Positions 49,395-58,320 of a DNA stretch of 64,000 nt are shown here, one piece after another. The DNA is from Pseudomonadota bacterium. GTDB taxonomy: Bacteria > Pseudomonadota > Alphaproteobacteria > Rhodobacterales > Rhodobacteraceae. The notes below the pieces were generated by a model. The model was not told the origin of the DNA. It searched no databases and saw only the letters and a list, made by a program, of their open reading frames with translations. The stretch spans positions 35,298 to 99,297 of the forward strand of contig JBCBMY010000021.1 of assembly GCA_039822045.1 (NCBI GenBank), written 5' to 3'. The translations under genes and the position numbers were made by a program. Position 1 is the first letter of the stretch. Every line of letters starts with the position of its first letter.

Positions 49395-50237
49395 TCAGTC
49401 GGCAAAGAGTAGCTCGCGCTGGATGACTGGCGACGCCTTCGGATCGAGGCCAAACTCTGCGAGGAACTCCTCGTACCACAGCTGGGTGCGCCCCGTTTCG
49501 TAGTAATAGAAGATGGTGTGATCGACCCAGTCGCGGAAGGTCTTGTCGTCCTCGCGGCGTACGGCGATGGACGAGGGCGACGAGAAGGCTGGCGTTGGGA
49601 TCACGAGTTGCCCGCGACCGAGCTTCTGGCGGGCGGCCAGAAGGGGCGGATGGAAGAGGGACACCGCATCCACGCGGCCGGACTGGAAGGCCGCGATGGT
49701 GGCGCCGTTGTCCGGGAACCGCTGGATGTCGGCATTCGGAATGGTGCGCGTAAGGAATGCGTCCATCGAGGTTGCCTGAGGCACGCCGATCGTCACGTCG
49801 GGACTGTTCAGCGCCTCCCAGGTTGAGGCATCCACCCCATCATTGGCCAAAACGGCAAGTGAGATGTAGAGGAGCGGCTGCTTTGGATAGTCGACCACCA
49901 TGGCGCGCTTGGGCGTGGCGTCGAGGAACATCATATCGATCTTGTCGGCCTGGAGCGCTGCGATGGCCGTGGCCCAGGTGACTTCCACCATCTCGAGCTC
50001 AACTTCGAGTTCTTCAGCCATTGCCTTGCCGATGGACACAATGAGCCCGCTTTCCCATTCGCCTGAGGCGGGGTTCTTGGAGTACCACGGCGGGGCCTGG
50101 GTGACGCCCATTCGAAGTGTGCCGGTCTCCTGGATCTTCTCCCACGTGGATTGCGCGTGGGCGGCGGCAAGGCTGAGCGCGAACGCCGCGATGACGGCCA
50201 TCAGGCCCAGTGCCGTCTGTCTCGTCCATCCGATCAT
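49395..50237 (-). CDS. polar amino-acid ABC transporter substrate-binding protein (family 3)
   Basis: The signal peptide is MIGWTRQTALGLMAVIAAFALSLAAAHA. An SBP_bac_3 fold follows. The RBS is AAAGGACGG. Confidence 0.8.
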   Translation of the reverse strand: MIGWTRQTALGLMAVIAAFALSLAAAHAQSTWEKIQETGTLRMGVTQAPPWYSKNPASGEWESGLIVSIGKAMAEELEVELEMVEVTWATAIAALQADKIDMMFLDATPKRAMVVDYPKQPLLYISLAVLANDGVDASTWEALNSPDVTIGVPQATSMDAFLTRTIPNADIQRFPDNGATIAAFQSGRVDAVSLFHPPLLAARQKLGRGQLVIPTPAFSSPSSIAVRREDDKTFRDWVDHTIFYYYETGRTQLWYEEFLAEFGLDPKASPVIQRELLFAD

Positions 50238-50274
50238 GTTTCCGTCCTTTCCCTGTCTGTAGAGGTGCCGCCTT

Positions 50275-51048
50275 TCAATCGGGCAGCTTGAAGAGCGAAT
50301 GCCCGTCGAGGAATTCGCGCATCCGGTCGGTCTGTGGCGCCTTGAGAACGCTCTGTGGTTCGCCCTGCTCAAGAATTGCGCCCTGGTTCAGGAACAGAAC
50401 GCGGTTGGCGACGTGGTAGGCAAAGCCAAGCTCGTGGGTCACGCAGAGCATGGTCATACCCTCTTCGGCGAGCTGTCGCATTGTCTTGAGGACTTCGCCG
50501 ACAAGCTCGGGGTCGAGCGCTGATGTGACCTCGTCGAAGAGCATCACTTCGGGATCCATCGCCAGCGCGCGGGCAATTGCGACCCGCTGCTTCTGGCCGC
50601 CGGAGAGGCGCGCAGGATATTCCTCGGCCTTCTCAGCCAGACCCACGCGCTGCAACTGCGCCATCGCCTTGTCGCGGGCCTCGGCCTTGTCGCGTTTTAG
50701 CACGATCAGCTGCCCCTCCATCACGTTGTCGAGAACCGTCATGTGGGGGAAAAGATTGAAATGCTGGAACACCATGCCGATGCGCGCACGCAGGGCGCAG
50801 AGTTCGGCCTCGCGATAGCGCATCGTGCCATTGCGCTCGGTGCCGATCAGATCGCCCTTGAGATAGATCCTGCCATCGCTGGGTGTCTCCATGAAGTTGA
50901 CGCAGCGCAGCATGGTCGACTTGCCCGATCCGCTGGAGCCGAGGATCACCACCGCCTCGCCTTGTTCTACGCTCAGGTCGATGCCCTTGAGCACTTCGAG
51001 GGTGCCGAAGCTCTTGTGGAGGTTCTCGATACGAACGATTTCAGGCAT
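50275..51048 (-). CDS. polar amino-acid ABC transporter ATP-binding protein
   Basis: GSSGSGKST, LSGGQKQRVAIARA and MLFDEVTSALDPE are present. 257 aa. Confidence 0.9.
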   Translation of the reverse strand: MPEIVRIENLHKSFGTLEVLKGIDLSVEQGEAVVILGSSGSGKSTMLRCVNFMETPSDGRIYLKGDLIGTERNGTMRYREAELCALRARIGMVFQHFNLFPHMTVLDNVMEGQLIVLKRDKAEARDKAMAQLQRVGLAEKAEEYPARLSGGQKQRVAIARALAMDPEVMLFDEVTSALDPELVGEVLKTMRQLAEEGMTMLCVTHELGFAYHVANRVLFLNQGAILEQGEPQSVLKAPQTDRMREFLDGHSLFKLPD

Positions 51049-51713
51049 CAGTCGGCCTTTCTGAGCATGCGTTCGAGCACGTATGTGCCCTGCACGACCG
51101 GATAGAGTACGACAAAGAAGATGAGCGCGACGGCGGTGTAGCTCTCGATCGGATTGAAATTCAGATCGGCGATCAGCTTGGCCTGATTGAGCGTCTCGAC
51201 ATAGCCGACGACGGACGCGAGCGTCGACATCTTGAACACCTCGATGCCCCGGTTGGTGAGCGCGGGCAGGACACGTTTGACGGCGACGGGCAGGATGATC
51301 CGTCGCAGCGTTTGGGCGTAGGTCATCCCGATGGCCTTGCCGGCCTCCCATTGTCCGCGGTCGATCGACTGGATGCCCGCGCGGTAAATCTCGGCCGAAA
51401 ACGCCATCGTGTTCAAAGAGATGCCAAGGACAGCCGCAAGGAACGGATCGGTCTCGATCCCGGTCAGGATCGGGAACGCGTAGAAGAACCAGATGATCTG
51501 TACGAGGACAGGCGTGTTCCTGAAGACCTCGACGAAGGCGCGCGCCGGCCAGCTGATCCACGGAGACCGGGCGTAGCGCGCGATACCGACGATCAGCCCG
51601 CCTCCAAGGCCCAGCGCCACGGTGATGAGAAAGATCCAGACCGTGCCCTTGAGGCCCACCCAAAGGACCGGCCACGCGGCGATAATTGTGCCGAAGTCCC
51701 ACGTATGCCCCAT
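51048..51713 (-). CDS. polar amino-acid ABC transporter permease
   Basis: A His/Glu/Gln/Arg/opine-family permease. The EAA loop is EAGKAIGMTYAQTLRRIILP. Confidence 0.85.
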   Translation of the reverse strand: MGHTWDFGTIIAAWPVLWVGLKGTVWIFLITVALGLGGGLIVGIARYARSPWISWPARAFVEVFRNTPVLVQIIWFFYAFPILTGIETDPFLAAVLGISLNTMAFSAEIYRAGIQSIDRGQWEAGKAIGMTYAQTLRRIILPVAVKRVLPALTNRGIEVFKMSTLASVVGYVETLNQAKLIADLNFNPIESYTAVALIFFVVLYPVVQGTYVLERMLRKAD

Positions 51714-52387
51714 CAGCGCACCGTCCCCTCACCAGTGCGTGCCAGACGGTGCTCGACCCAGATGGACAGCTGGCTGAAAAAGAAGATCAGCACAAAGTAG
51801 ATCAGCGCGACGATGGTGTAGACCTCGAGCGGGCGAAATGTCTTTTGCGCCAGCTCGTTGGCCTGGAACATCAGGTCGGTATAGGCCACCGTCGACACAA
51901 GCGTCGTTGTCTTCAGAAGCTCAATCGAGCGCTCCATGAAGGCGGGGATCATGCGCTTCACGGCCTGGGGAAGGATGATGCGCTGAAGGGACTGGCTATA
52001 GCTCATGCCCATGGCCTTGGCGCCTTCCCACTGGCCCTTGTCGATCGATTGGATGCCACTGCGAAAGATCTCGGCAAAGAATGCCGAGGACTGGATCGAA
52101 AATGTGACGACCGCGGCGATGAGCGGGGTCATCCGCACGTCGACCAGGATCGGTAGCGCAAAGAAGAACCAGAAAAGCTGAACCAATGGCGGCGTGGTGC
52201 GGAAGAACTCAACAACAAAGCCGGCGACACCCGAAAGGGGGCGAAACGTCGAAAGCCGCGAGAGCGCAAGTACAAGGCCGAGGGGCACGCCAAACAGCAA
52301 GGCGAGGCCGGTCACCTTCAGCGTGTTCAGAAGCCCCAACAGCAGCAGGTCGAGATCATTCAGAACCGCAAGGAAATTCCATTCCAT
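51713..52387 (-). CDS. polar amino-acid ABC transporter permease
   Basis: The EAA loop is EGAKAMGMSYSQSLQRIILP. The ATG at 52387 was preferred to the TTG at 52396. Confidence 0.85.
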   Translation of the reverse strand: MEWNFLAVLNDLDLLLLGLLNTLKVTGLALLFGVPLGLVLALSRLSTFRPLSGVAGFVVEFFRTTPPLVQLFWFFFALPILVDVRMTPLIAAVVTFSIQSSAFFAEIFRSGIQSIDKGQWEGAKAMGMSYSQSLQRIILPQAVKRMIPAFMERSIELLKTTTLVSTVAYTDLMFQANELAQKTFRPLEVYTIVALIYFVLIFFFSQLSIWVEHRLARTGEGTVR

Positions 52388-52465
52388 GGCGCGCAACCCG
52401 TCTTGGCTTGTCAGAGCCTAGGTTCCAGATAGTATGATTGTCGACAATTTTTTCGAGGTGCGTGC

Positions 52466-53977
52466 ATGACCCGGCCTAACATCCTGTTTCTCCAGGTCGA
52501 TCAGCTCGCCGCTTCCTATTTGAGATGCTACGGCGACGCGGTGTGCCATGCACCGAACCTCGAGCGACTCGCAGAGCGCGGCACGGTGTTTGACACCGCC
52601 TATTGCAACTTTCCGCTTTGCGCCCCCTCGCGCGCCTCAATGGCGACGGGCCGGCTGTGTTCCGAGGTTGGAGCCTATGACAATGCAGCTGAACTGCCGG
52701 CATCGATCCCGACATATGCGGATTATCTACGCGCGGCGGGGTATCAGACAGCGCTGTCGGGCAAGATGCACTTCATCGGGCCGGACCAGTATCACGGCTT
52801 TGAGAAAAGGCTGACGCCGGATCTCTACCCGGCCGATTTCTCGTGGGTGCCGAATTGGGGCGACGAGGGCGCGCGAGACACCAATGATCCGCGTTCGGTG
52901 ACCGTGGCCGGCATATGTGAACGATCAGTGCAGATCGACTTCGACGAGCTGGTGACATACCGAGCCATTCAGCATCTCTACGACATCGCCCGCGCAACCG
53001 ATGATCGTCCGTTCTTTCTGCAGGTGTCCTATACACATCCGCATGAGCCCTACCTGTGTCGCAAGGAGTATTGGGAACTCTACGATGAGGCCGACATTCC
53101 CATGCCGACCGTGCCGCCCCTGCCCGAGGCGGAGCATGACGCGCACTCGGTGCGACTTCTCCGCGATTTCGGGATGCTGGATGTCAGATTTTCCGATGAC
53201 GACGTACGGCGCGCGCGGCACGCCTATTATGGATCGATCAGCTACCTCGATGCGATGATCGGCCGTGTGGTCGAGACGCTGGAGGCAATCGGCAAGGCGC
53301 AGGACACCGTTGTCGTCTTCACCTCAGACCACGGCGAAATGCTCGGAGAGCGCGGCATGTGGTTCAAGAAGCACTTCTTCGAGCCGTCGTTACGTGTGCC
53401 GTTGATCATTTCCGGAGGACCGTTTGGCTCCGGTCGGGTCGACACGCCTGCTTCGCTTGTCGATCTCCTGCCCACGTTCATGGGCCTTGCCGAGGGTGCG
53501 GGGTGGACGAGCCCGGTGGAACGCCTCGACGGGGTCGATCTGTCGACGATGCTCGAAGACGGCAATCCGGATCGCCCGATCTACGCCGAGTACCTTGCCG
53601 AGGCGACGACGGCGCCGATCTTCATGGTGCGGCAGGGTCGCTTCAAGCTGGTCCACTCGTCGGCCGATCCGCCGCTGCTGTTCGACGTTGCCGCCGATCC
53701 TCAGGAGCGGCGCAACCTCGCCGGTGATCCCGAATACGAAGCGGTGCTCGCTCGCCTGTCCGCGCTCATTCTGCAACGCTGGGACAGCGAGCGACTTTCG
53801 GAGGAGATCCGGGTCAGCCAACGCCGCCGTCGTTTGGTGCTGAAGGCCGCCAAGCAGGGCGTGCGCCCACGCTGGAACCACGGGGAAGAGCCGGGCTCCG
53901 ACGTCCTCTGGTATCGGGGCGAAACCAGCTACAACGATTGGGCCTTCCGCTACTTGCCGATTGCCGAAGTCGACTAA
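52466..53977 (+). CDS. betC: choline-sulfatase (type I sulfatase)
   Basis: MTRPNILFLQVDQL and the sulfatase signature CAPSRASM (Cys that becomes formylglycine) are present. 503 aa with no signal peptide, typical of BetC. Confidence 0.8.
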   Translation: MTRPNILFLQVDQLAASYLRCYGDAVCHAPNLERLAERGTVFDTAYCNFPLCAPSRASMATGRLCSEVGAYDNAAELPASIPTYADYLRAAGYQTALSGKMHFIGPDQYHGFEKRLTPDLYPADFSWVPNWGDEGARDTNDPRSVTVAGICERSVQIDFDELVTYRAIQHLYDIARATDDRPFFLQVSYTHPHEPYLCRKEYWELYDEADIPMPTVPPLPEAEHDAHSVRLLRDFGMLDVRFSDDDVRRARHAYYGSISYLDAMIGRVVETLEAIGKAQDTVVVFTSDHGEMLGERGMWFKKHFFEPSLRVPLIISGGPFGSGRVDTPASLVDLLPTFMGLAEGAGWTSPVERLDGVDLSTMLEDGNPDRPIYAEYLAEATTAPIFMVRQGRFKLVHSSADPPLLFDVAADPQERRNLAGDPEYEAVLARLSALILQRWDSERLSEEIRVSQRRRRLVLKAAKQGVRPRWNHGEEPGSDVLWYRGETSYNDWAFRYLPIAEVD

Positions 53978-54141
53978 GGGGTTGGGACGCGCCGCGGACG
54001 CCTACTCGATGCTCACGCGCAAGCAGAGCATGAGGGACACTGGAACACCCGCCCTCATCGGCGGTGACCACTCCCTCGACATGGGCCCGGTCGTGGCAGC
54101 GGATTGGCGGCCAAGCGCGTGCACCCGCGTGCGGGAGCGGT

Positions 54142-54263
54142 CGGCCCGGATTGCCCCGGACCCGCCCATCTCACTCCCGTAGCTTCATGAGATCGGTCAT
54201 CAGCCCCTCGGTCCTGTTATGGACCTTGAGCCGTTCGACCTTCCCCGCAATGGCCTCCAGAGC
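54142..54263. repeat. direct repeat copy A (~120 bp), a duplicate of the 3' end of the SPFH gene
   Basis: About 94% identical to 56138..56259. It includes a degenerate copy of the last 28 codons (...EAIAGKVERLKVHNRTEGLMTDLMKLRE). Confidence 0.75.
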
Positions 54264-54353
54264 GACAGCGGCACCAAAACCAAATCGATGGGACGGTACC
54301 ACCGGTCGGACGAGACACCACTGGACATCAATCAAAGCAAAGCGCGATAACAC
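54171..54353 (-). pseudogene. 3'-terminal remnant of an SPFH/band-7 gene (partial duplicate)
   Basis: The C-terminal 28 aa match the C-terminus of 56177..57316. Upstream sequence is unrelated. Confidence 0.5.
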
Positions 54354-54496
54354 GGCTCCTTCTCGGAGTCAGAACAACGCCAAGCCTACTGCGTTTGAGG
54401 TCCGCTCCCAAGAATCTCGGCCTTGCCGTTGACAGGCCTTTCGTCGCACGAGAACTCAAACTGATTCATGCTGCACGTTGTCTGTATGACTATAGC

Positions 54497-55132
54497 TCAT
54501 TGAACATCGGTAAGGCCAAAGCCGATGTAGCCAACGGCCGCAAGGGCGGACAATGCCGAAAATACCACTAAGCTGACGGCGGCGAGCCGTAGAAACGGGT
54601 TGTGAAATCTCCTGAGGTGTTTTGAGAGCGAATTCCCGCAAAGTGCGGCGCCGGCCATCGCAAGACCTGTCGCTCCCAAAACGACCGAGCCAAGAGCCAG
54701 AGCCGCATGATACATTGGGTTCTCACCGGTAATGAATTGGGGAACGATTGCGAGAAGAAAAACAAGGCTCAAGGGTTGACTCAGCGACAACGCCACCCCA
54801 GTCCAGAAAAAACCGGAGTAGATCTTTTGAACCTCTACTGTCGACTCCTCCGAGCGTGGCCATAGGATCCATGCCAGATATGCCAAGACAAATACCCCGG
54901 CCCATTGCAATATGCCAAAGGTTTGGTCGGACACAGATACTGCGCCGACGGTGATCGCAAAGGAGACCGAGAACAACAGAGCTGTCCCTAAGACTATCCC
55001 CAAGACAAAGCGTGTTGCGTTCAAGCCTCCAAATCTCGCTGCGACACCGGCCACGTAGATGATGCCCGGCCCGGGTACAGCTGCATTCAAAAATGTTACG
55101 ACGAAAAGCGACAGGAGGATACCGATTTCCAT
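54497..55132 (-). CDS. LysE/RhtB-family amino-acid exporter
   Basis: MEIGILLSLFVVTFLNAAVPGPG is a LysE-family N-terminus. Six TM helices. GC is lower, about 48%. Confidence 0.8.
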   Translation of the reverse strand: MEIGILLSLFVVTFLNAAVPGPGIIYVAGVAARFGGLNATRFVLGIVLGTALLFSVSFAITVGAVSVSDQTFGILQWAGVFVLAYLAWILWPRSEESTVEVQKIYSGFFWTGVALSLSQPLSLVFLLAIVPQFITGENPMYHAALALGSVVLGATGLAMAGAALCGNSLSKHLRRFHNPFLRLAAVSLVVFSALSALAAVGYIGFGLTDVQ

Positions 55133-55303
55133 AGTGTGTCCTAGCACTACCAGCTTTCACGACAACAATTGAGGAAGACGCGATAAGGTTGCAACTGCAG
55201 GCCCTAGGGAAAACCCTGGGTTGACTAGCGACCCCGAAACTGGACTACTCGAGACAGGATCTTTTGAGTCGGACGGTTGATCCTTTCGGAGAATTTGAAT
55301 TCG

Positions 55304-56044
55304 ATGACCTCCGTTTTCGACTTCTACGACAAAATTAACTCATGCGCGTCCGCCGATGAGGTCGACGCGGCCTGGCAAGACTGGTGCACGAAACTTGGTT
55401 TCCCCCGAACGGGCACCCAAACTACTCGTCTTCGCAACTACCAAATGAAAATGGCGCGGATTCGCACAAACTACCCCGATGCTGAAGTTGACCACTACCT
55501 TAAGAACCACTTTTTCCAATTTTCAAACAGCCTTAACCCGCTGCAAAAGCCAGCCCGCCTTGATGGTTTGCATTTGGATACGTTCTCCAAATACACGTCA
55601 GGGAAGCCTGACCGATACCACGATTTCTTGGATTTTGTACGAGAAATCAAAATACCAGCCGAAATGTGGGTTCGATTTCCCATATCTGAAGCACAGAGCA
55701 TCTCATTTTGCATATGGTCAGATGAAGAGGATCAGAGACTCTTTGAGTTGCGAACGCGGGAGTTACGACAGCTCGTAGTGCCTGCCGCGAGCGTTGCCTT
55801 AGAACGCATGAAGTCGGTTGGCGTTGAGTCTAGACCTAATGAAACGCCTTGTTTGACCAATCGGGAGAGTGATTGCATGTTGTTGCTCGCATCCGGTCTT
55901 CGTCAGCGAGAAATTGCGGACCGGGTGTCAATTGACATTAAGACGGTCGAAATGCACTTGCGGAATGCGCGCATCAAACTGAATGCCCGAACGACCCATC
56001 AGGCCATTGCTCAGGCCATTTTGAAAGGGCACATTGATCCGTGA
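55304..56044 (+). CDS. LuxR-family transcriptional regulator (C-terminal GerE HTH, with an N-terminal ligand-binding-like domain; possible LuxR solo)
   Basis: LTNRESDCMLLLASGLRQREIADRVSIDIKTVEMHLRNARIKL is a LuxR/GerE HTH. About 170 aa of N-terminal domain precede it. Low GC. No luxI is in the window. Confidence 0.7.
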   Translation: MTSVFDFYDKINSCASADEVDAAWQDWCTKLGFPRTGTQTTRLRNYQMKMARIRTNYPDAEVDHYLKNHFFQFSNSLNPLQKPARLDGLHLDTFSKYTSGKPDRYHDFLDFVREIKIPAEMWVRFPISEAQSISFCIWSDEEDQRLFELRTRELRQLVVPAASVALERMKSVGVESRPNETPCLTNRESDCMLLLASGLRQREIADRVSIDIKTVEMHLRNARIKLNARTTHQAIAQAILKGHIDP

Positions 56045-56137
56045 CGGCCAACGCGTGATTGCGCCGCGTCCGGTCACCGACACGGTACGGAGAGCACCGC
56101 ACACATGGACAAGGCCAAACGCGGGCGCCGTCTGAGA

Positions 56138-56259
56138 AAAGAAAAGACCGGCCCGAGTTCCCCGGGCCGGCCCATCTCACTCCCGTAGCTTCACGAGATC
56201 GGTCATCAGCCCCTCGGTCCCGTTATGGACCGTGAGCCGCTCGACCTTCCCCGCGATGG
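56138..56259. repeat. direct repeat copy B, the authentic 3' end of the SPFH gene plus 39 bp downstream
   Basis: Pairs with 54142..54263. Confidence 0.75.
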
Positions 56260-57316
56260 CCTCCAGAGCCTCAAGCTCCTTCAGCCGCAGCATCACGGGG
56301 TTCTCCGCCATCACCTTGGCGGTGTTCAGAAGCGACCGCGTTGCGTTCGTTTCCTCCCGCCGCCGGATGACGTTCGCCTCGGCCTCCTTCTCGGCCGTGA
56401 CGACCCGGTTCAGGATCTCCCGCATCTCCCCCGGAAGGATCACGTCCTTCAGGGCGATCGCCCGGACCTCAAGCCCGATCCGGGCCATCGCGGTCCGGAC
56501 CTCGGAGGCCGCCCCATCAGAGACCGCCACCTTGTCCGCCAGAAGCGCATCGAGCGTCAGCGCCCCAAGCGTCTTCCGGAAGGCCAGTTGCAGGGCCAGG
56601 TGCAGCGCTTCGGTGAAATCCTTCACCGCCCGCACTGCCTCCAGCGGGTCGACCACCCGGTACTCGGCCGTCAGGTTCACCCGCAGCGTCACCCGGTCGG
56701 CGGTCAGGAGCTCTTGCCCCGCCACCTCATGGGTTTGCCAGCGCGTGTCCACCAGCTTCACCAGGTGCTTCCGCCCCAGGTTCCAGAACCAATAGGTCCC
56801 AGCCTCCAGAACCCGATCGACCACCCCGTCGACCATCAGGATCCCGACCTTCCCTTCGGAGACCTCCGCCGAGGTCAGCGCCCCGGTCAGCTTCGCGCGC
56901 ATGAGCCGCTTCGCGAGCCATGCCTCGACCTGATGAGTCTCGGCGAGAGACACGGTGTCGACCGTCCACGCCCCGGCCTCGGTCCAGTAGACCGACCGGT
57001 GATCGGGCGTGACCACCTCATAGGCCCGCCCGTTGCGGTTGACGATCTTGACCTCGTCCGCCCCGGTCTCAACGACCGTCAGATGGGCCTCGACAAGGTC
57101 AGGCCGCGTCCGCAGGAGCGCCTCCTTGTAGGGCGACTGAAACTGCGACGTGCCGAGATTGTGGATCTGCCAGGTCACCTGGTCGCGCGGCAGCACATGC
57201 TCCCCGGCGCTCAGGATGGCGTGAAAGACCCCCTTGCGCAGCACAAGCGCCCGCTGGGTCTCTGTCAGGGTCAGCCGTTGCCGCCCCAGGATCCAATCTG
57301 TCAGTGTGTTTATCAT
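56177..57316 (-). CDS. SPFH/band-7 (stomatin/prohibitin-like) domain protein
   Basis: An SPFH core with a C-terminal coiled coil EKEAEANVIRRREETNATRSLLNTAKV. The start is MINTLTD at 57316 after GGAGAG. Confidence 0.8.
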   Translation of the reverse strand: MINTLTDWILGRQRLTLTETQRALVLRKGVFHAILSAGEHVLPRDQVTWQIHNLGTSQFQSPYKEALLRTRPDLVEAHLTVVETGADEVKIVNRNGRAYEVVTPDHRSVYWTEAGAWTVDTVSLAETHQVEAWLAKRLMRAKLTGALTSAEVSEGKVGILMVDGVVDRVLEAGTYWFWNLGRKHLVKLVDTRWQTHEVAGQELLTADRVTLRVNLTAEYRVVDPLEAVRAVKDFTEALHLALQLAFRKTLGALTLDALLADKVAVSDGAASEVRTAMARIGLEVRAIALKDVILPGEMREILNRVVTAEKEAEANVIRRREETNATRSLLNTAKVMAENPVMLRLKELEALEAIAGKVERLTVHNGTEGLMTDLVKLRE

Positions 57317-57810
57317 CTCGGCTCTCCATCTCGCTCTCGTCGTCTCGCTACACGCGATCCTCCTTTGGGGTTGGTGGGTTGCGGCCAGCATGGCCGACAG
57401 GTGTGACGCGCCAGGGCGGCGCAGGGTGTCCCGCGCCGAGGCGCGGAAACGGGGAAGCACGCCGGGACGGCGGGCATATCAGGGCGCCCCACAGATCGGG
57501 TGGCGCACGAAAGGGGCGGAGCCCGGAACCGCACCGCGCCATGCCCGGGGCGGAAGGCGGGGGAGCGGACAGGGGCGCCGCGCGGCGGGGCATGGGAGCG
57601 GTCGAAACCCCTCCGGCCCGGCCGCACGCGGCCCTGTCATCCTCCCAGCCTCCGGCCAGCGGCCAGAGCGGCAACGGCCGGCCGCCTTGAGCCCCGAAGA
57701 GCCAAAGCGTTGAACCGCCCCCGCAGGCGCGATCCCGGACCCGTAGATGTTCACACGCGTCGCAGGCGTGGTGGGGAGTCGAACCCCGGGGTTTCAAGCC
57801 CATCCCTAGG

Positions 57811-57884
57811 TTGCGTCGACGGGAGTCGAACCCGTGACAATTGGATTAAATGTCCAATGCTCTACCAAACTGAGCTACGTCGCA
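57811..57884 (-). tRNA. tRNA, Lys(UUU)-like, with atypical anticodon loop CAUUUAA (A at position 33) and one acceptor-stem mismatch
   Basis: The reverse complement folds as a canonical cloverleaf: D arm TAGCTCAGTTTGGTAGAGC, anticodon stem TTGGA/TCCAA, T arm ACGGGTTCGACTCCCGT. No CCA is encoded. Confidence 0.55.
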
Positions 57885-57886
57885 GT

Positions 57887-57961
57887 TGGAGGACGGAGAG
57901 GGGGTCGAACCCTCGGCCCGCGGGTTAAGAGCCCGCTGCTCTACCACTGAGCTACCCGTCC
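57887..57961 (-). tRNA. tRNA-Lys (anticodon CUU)
   Basis: GGACGGGTAGCTCAGTGGTAGAGCAGCGGGCTCTTAACCCGCGGGCCGAGGGTTCGACCCCCTCTCCGTCCTCCA. All four stems pair, U33 is present, the anticodon is CTT and CCA is encoded. Confidence 0.85.
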
Positions 57962-58320
57962 ACACCGTCCGATCCGTCCCGGCCCTGGCATACGGCAACG
58001 GCAGCGCCGCCCGCACCGGACGAGGTGCGACCTCGTTCCGCTAGGGTCCGTTCCGTCCTGAACGGGAGTTGCTGGATAGGCGCACCCGCCGAGTCGCGCT
58101 ACGTCGCAAGTTCCCCAGCGGAATGCCCGTGGCGGATGCGCAACATTGTTGCGCTAACGAGAAACTTTATTGCTCGCTCACCTAGGCCGAACCTGCTTGA
58201 GCATCAGGACAGGGCCGCGCAACTTGTGATTGGTTGCTCTCGGACAGTTGCGTTTGGGCGAAGGCTCGCTTCGCCGAGAGACTGGATTTGAATCGGCGCG
58301 TGCCAGTTGAGCGGGTTACC

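Noticed and set aside
58096-58110. A 15-nt segment CGCTACGTCGCAAGTT resembling the 5' acceptor and D-stem end of the second tRNA. It was considered as an att-site duplicate.
   Set aside because: It is short and has one indel. Integrative elements duplicate tRNA 3' ends, not 5' ends, so it is probably chance.
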